Source: Escherichia phage PhiNW-E1 | Strand: one strand, 5' to 3' | Sequence record: PQ476011.1 | Length of the DNA: 45,197 nt | In this document: piece after piece, positions 45,020 through 45,197 of the stretch | How positions within the stretch are numbered: position 1 is the stretch's first letter | Layout of the letters: each line of letters starts with the position of its first letter | The notes under the pieces: model-generated | What the model saw: the letters and a program-made list of their open reading frames with translations, nothing else | What the model was told of the DNA's origin: nothing | Database searches by the model: none | Made by a program: the position numbers and the translations under genes

Positions 45020-45197
45020 ATGATTAACTCCGAACTGGTAGATAGTGGTGTGAAGCTGGCGCCACCTGCATTAGTATCAGGTGGGTACTTCCTCGGTATC
45101 AGTTGGGATAATTGGGTGTTAATAGCAACATTCATTTATACCGTGTTGCAAATTGGAGACTGGTTTTATACCAAGATTAAACTATGGAGGAGGAGCC
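45020..45197 (+). CDS. Class II holin (T7 gp17.5-like), 3' end runs off the window
   Basis: RBS AAGGAGGTGAGA then ATG 45020; two TMDs; WVLIATFIYTVLQIGDWF resembles the T7 holin segment WFYVAAIAYTVVQIGAK as I recall it; would end at TAA 15-17 if the sequence is circular. Confidence 0.6.
   Translation, partial: MINSELVDSGVKLAPPALVSGGYFLGISWDNWVLIATFIYTVLQIGDWFYTKIKLWRRS

Overview
The window reads as a complete or near-complete genome of a T7-supergroup podovirus with SP6/K1E-type architecture, apparently circularly permuted so that it starts at the small terminase gene. All convincing genes are on the + strand. The order is: small terminase, HNH endonuclease, large terminase (split by an intron), lysis genes, an 811-aa endosialidase-type tailspike, a repeat-rich noncoding region that looks like the physical genome end (8.1-9.0 kb), sigma70-type early promoters, an early region with an Ocr-like DNA mimic and a single-subunit RNA polymerase, a DNA metabolism module (primase-helicase, DNA polymerase, SSB-like, exonuclease, endonuclease VII-like, ligase), and the structural module (portal, scaffold, capsid, tail tube A/B, three internal virion proteins, tailspike adaptor, holin). 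About 13 copies of a 23-bp phage promoter (consensus ATTTACTGGACACTATAGAAGAG) are spread through the middle and late regions. The most notable feature is a group I intron (1899-2644) with a GIY-YIG/NUMOD homing endonuclease ORF inside the large terminase gene; the conserved P, Q, R, S core elements and the P1, P3 and P10 pairings can all be read directly from the sequence. Other points worth a second look: two paralogous free-standing HNH endonucleases, four copies of GCTCTTTAACAAT in the early region flanking a 144-nt ORF-less structured element, six copies of a 16-bp perfect palindrome (often just upstream of phage promoters), a candidate replication origin between two tandem promoters downstream of the RNAP gene, and a CTTAGT repeat array at the presumed genome terminus. 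No tRNA, rRNA or CRISPR array was found. All protein assignments rest on motifs and remembered family similarity, not on database searches.
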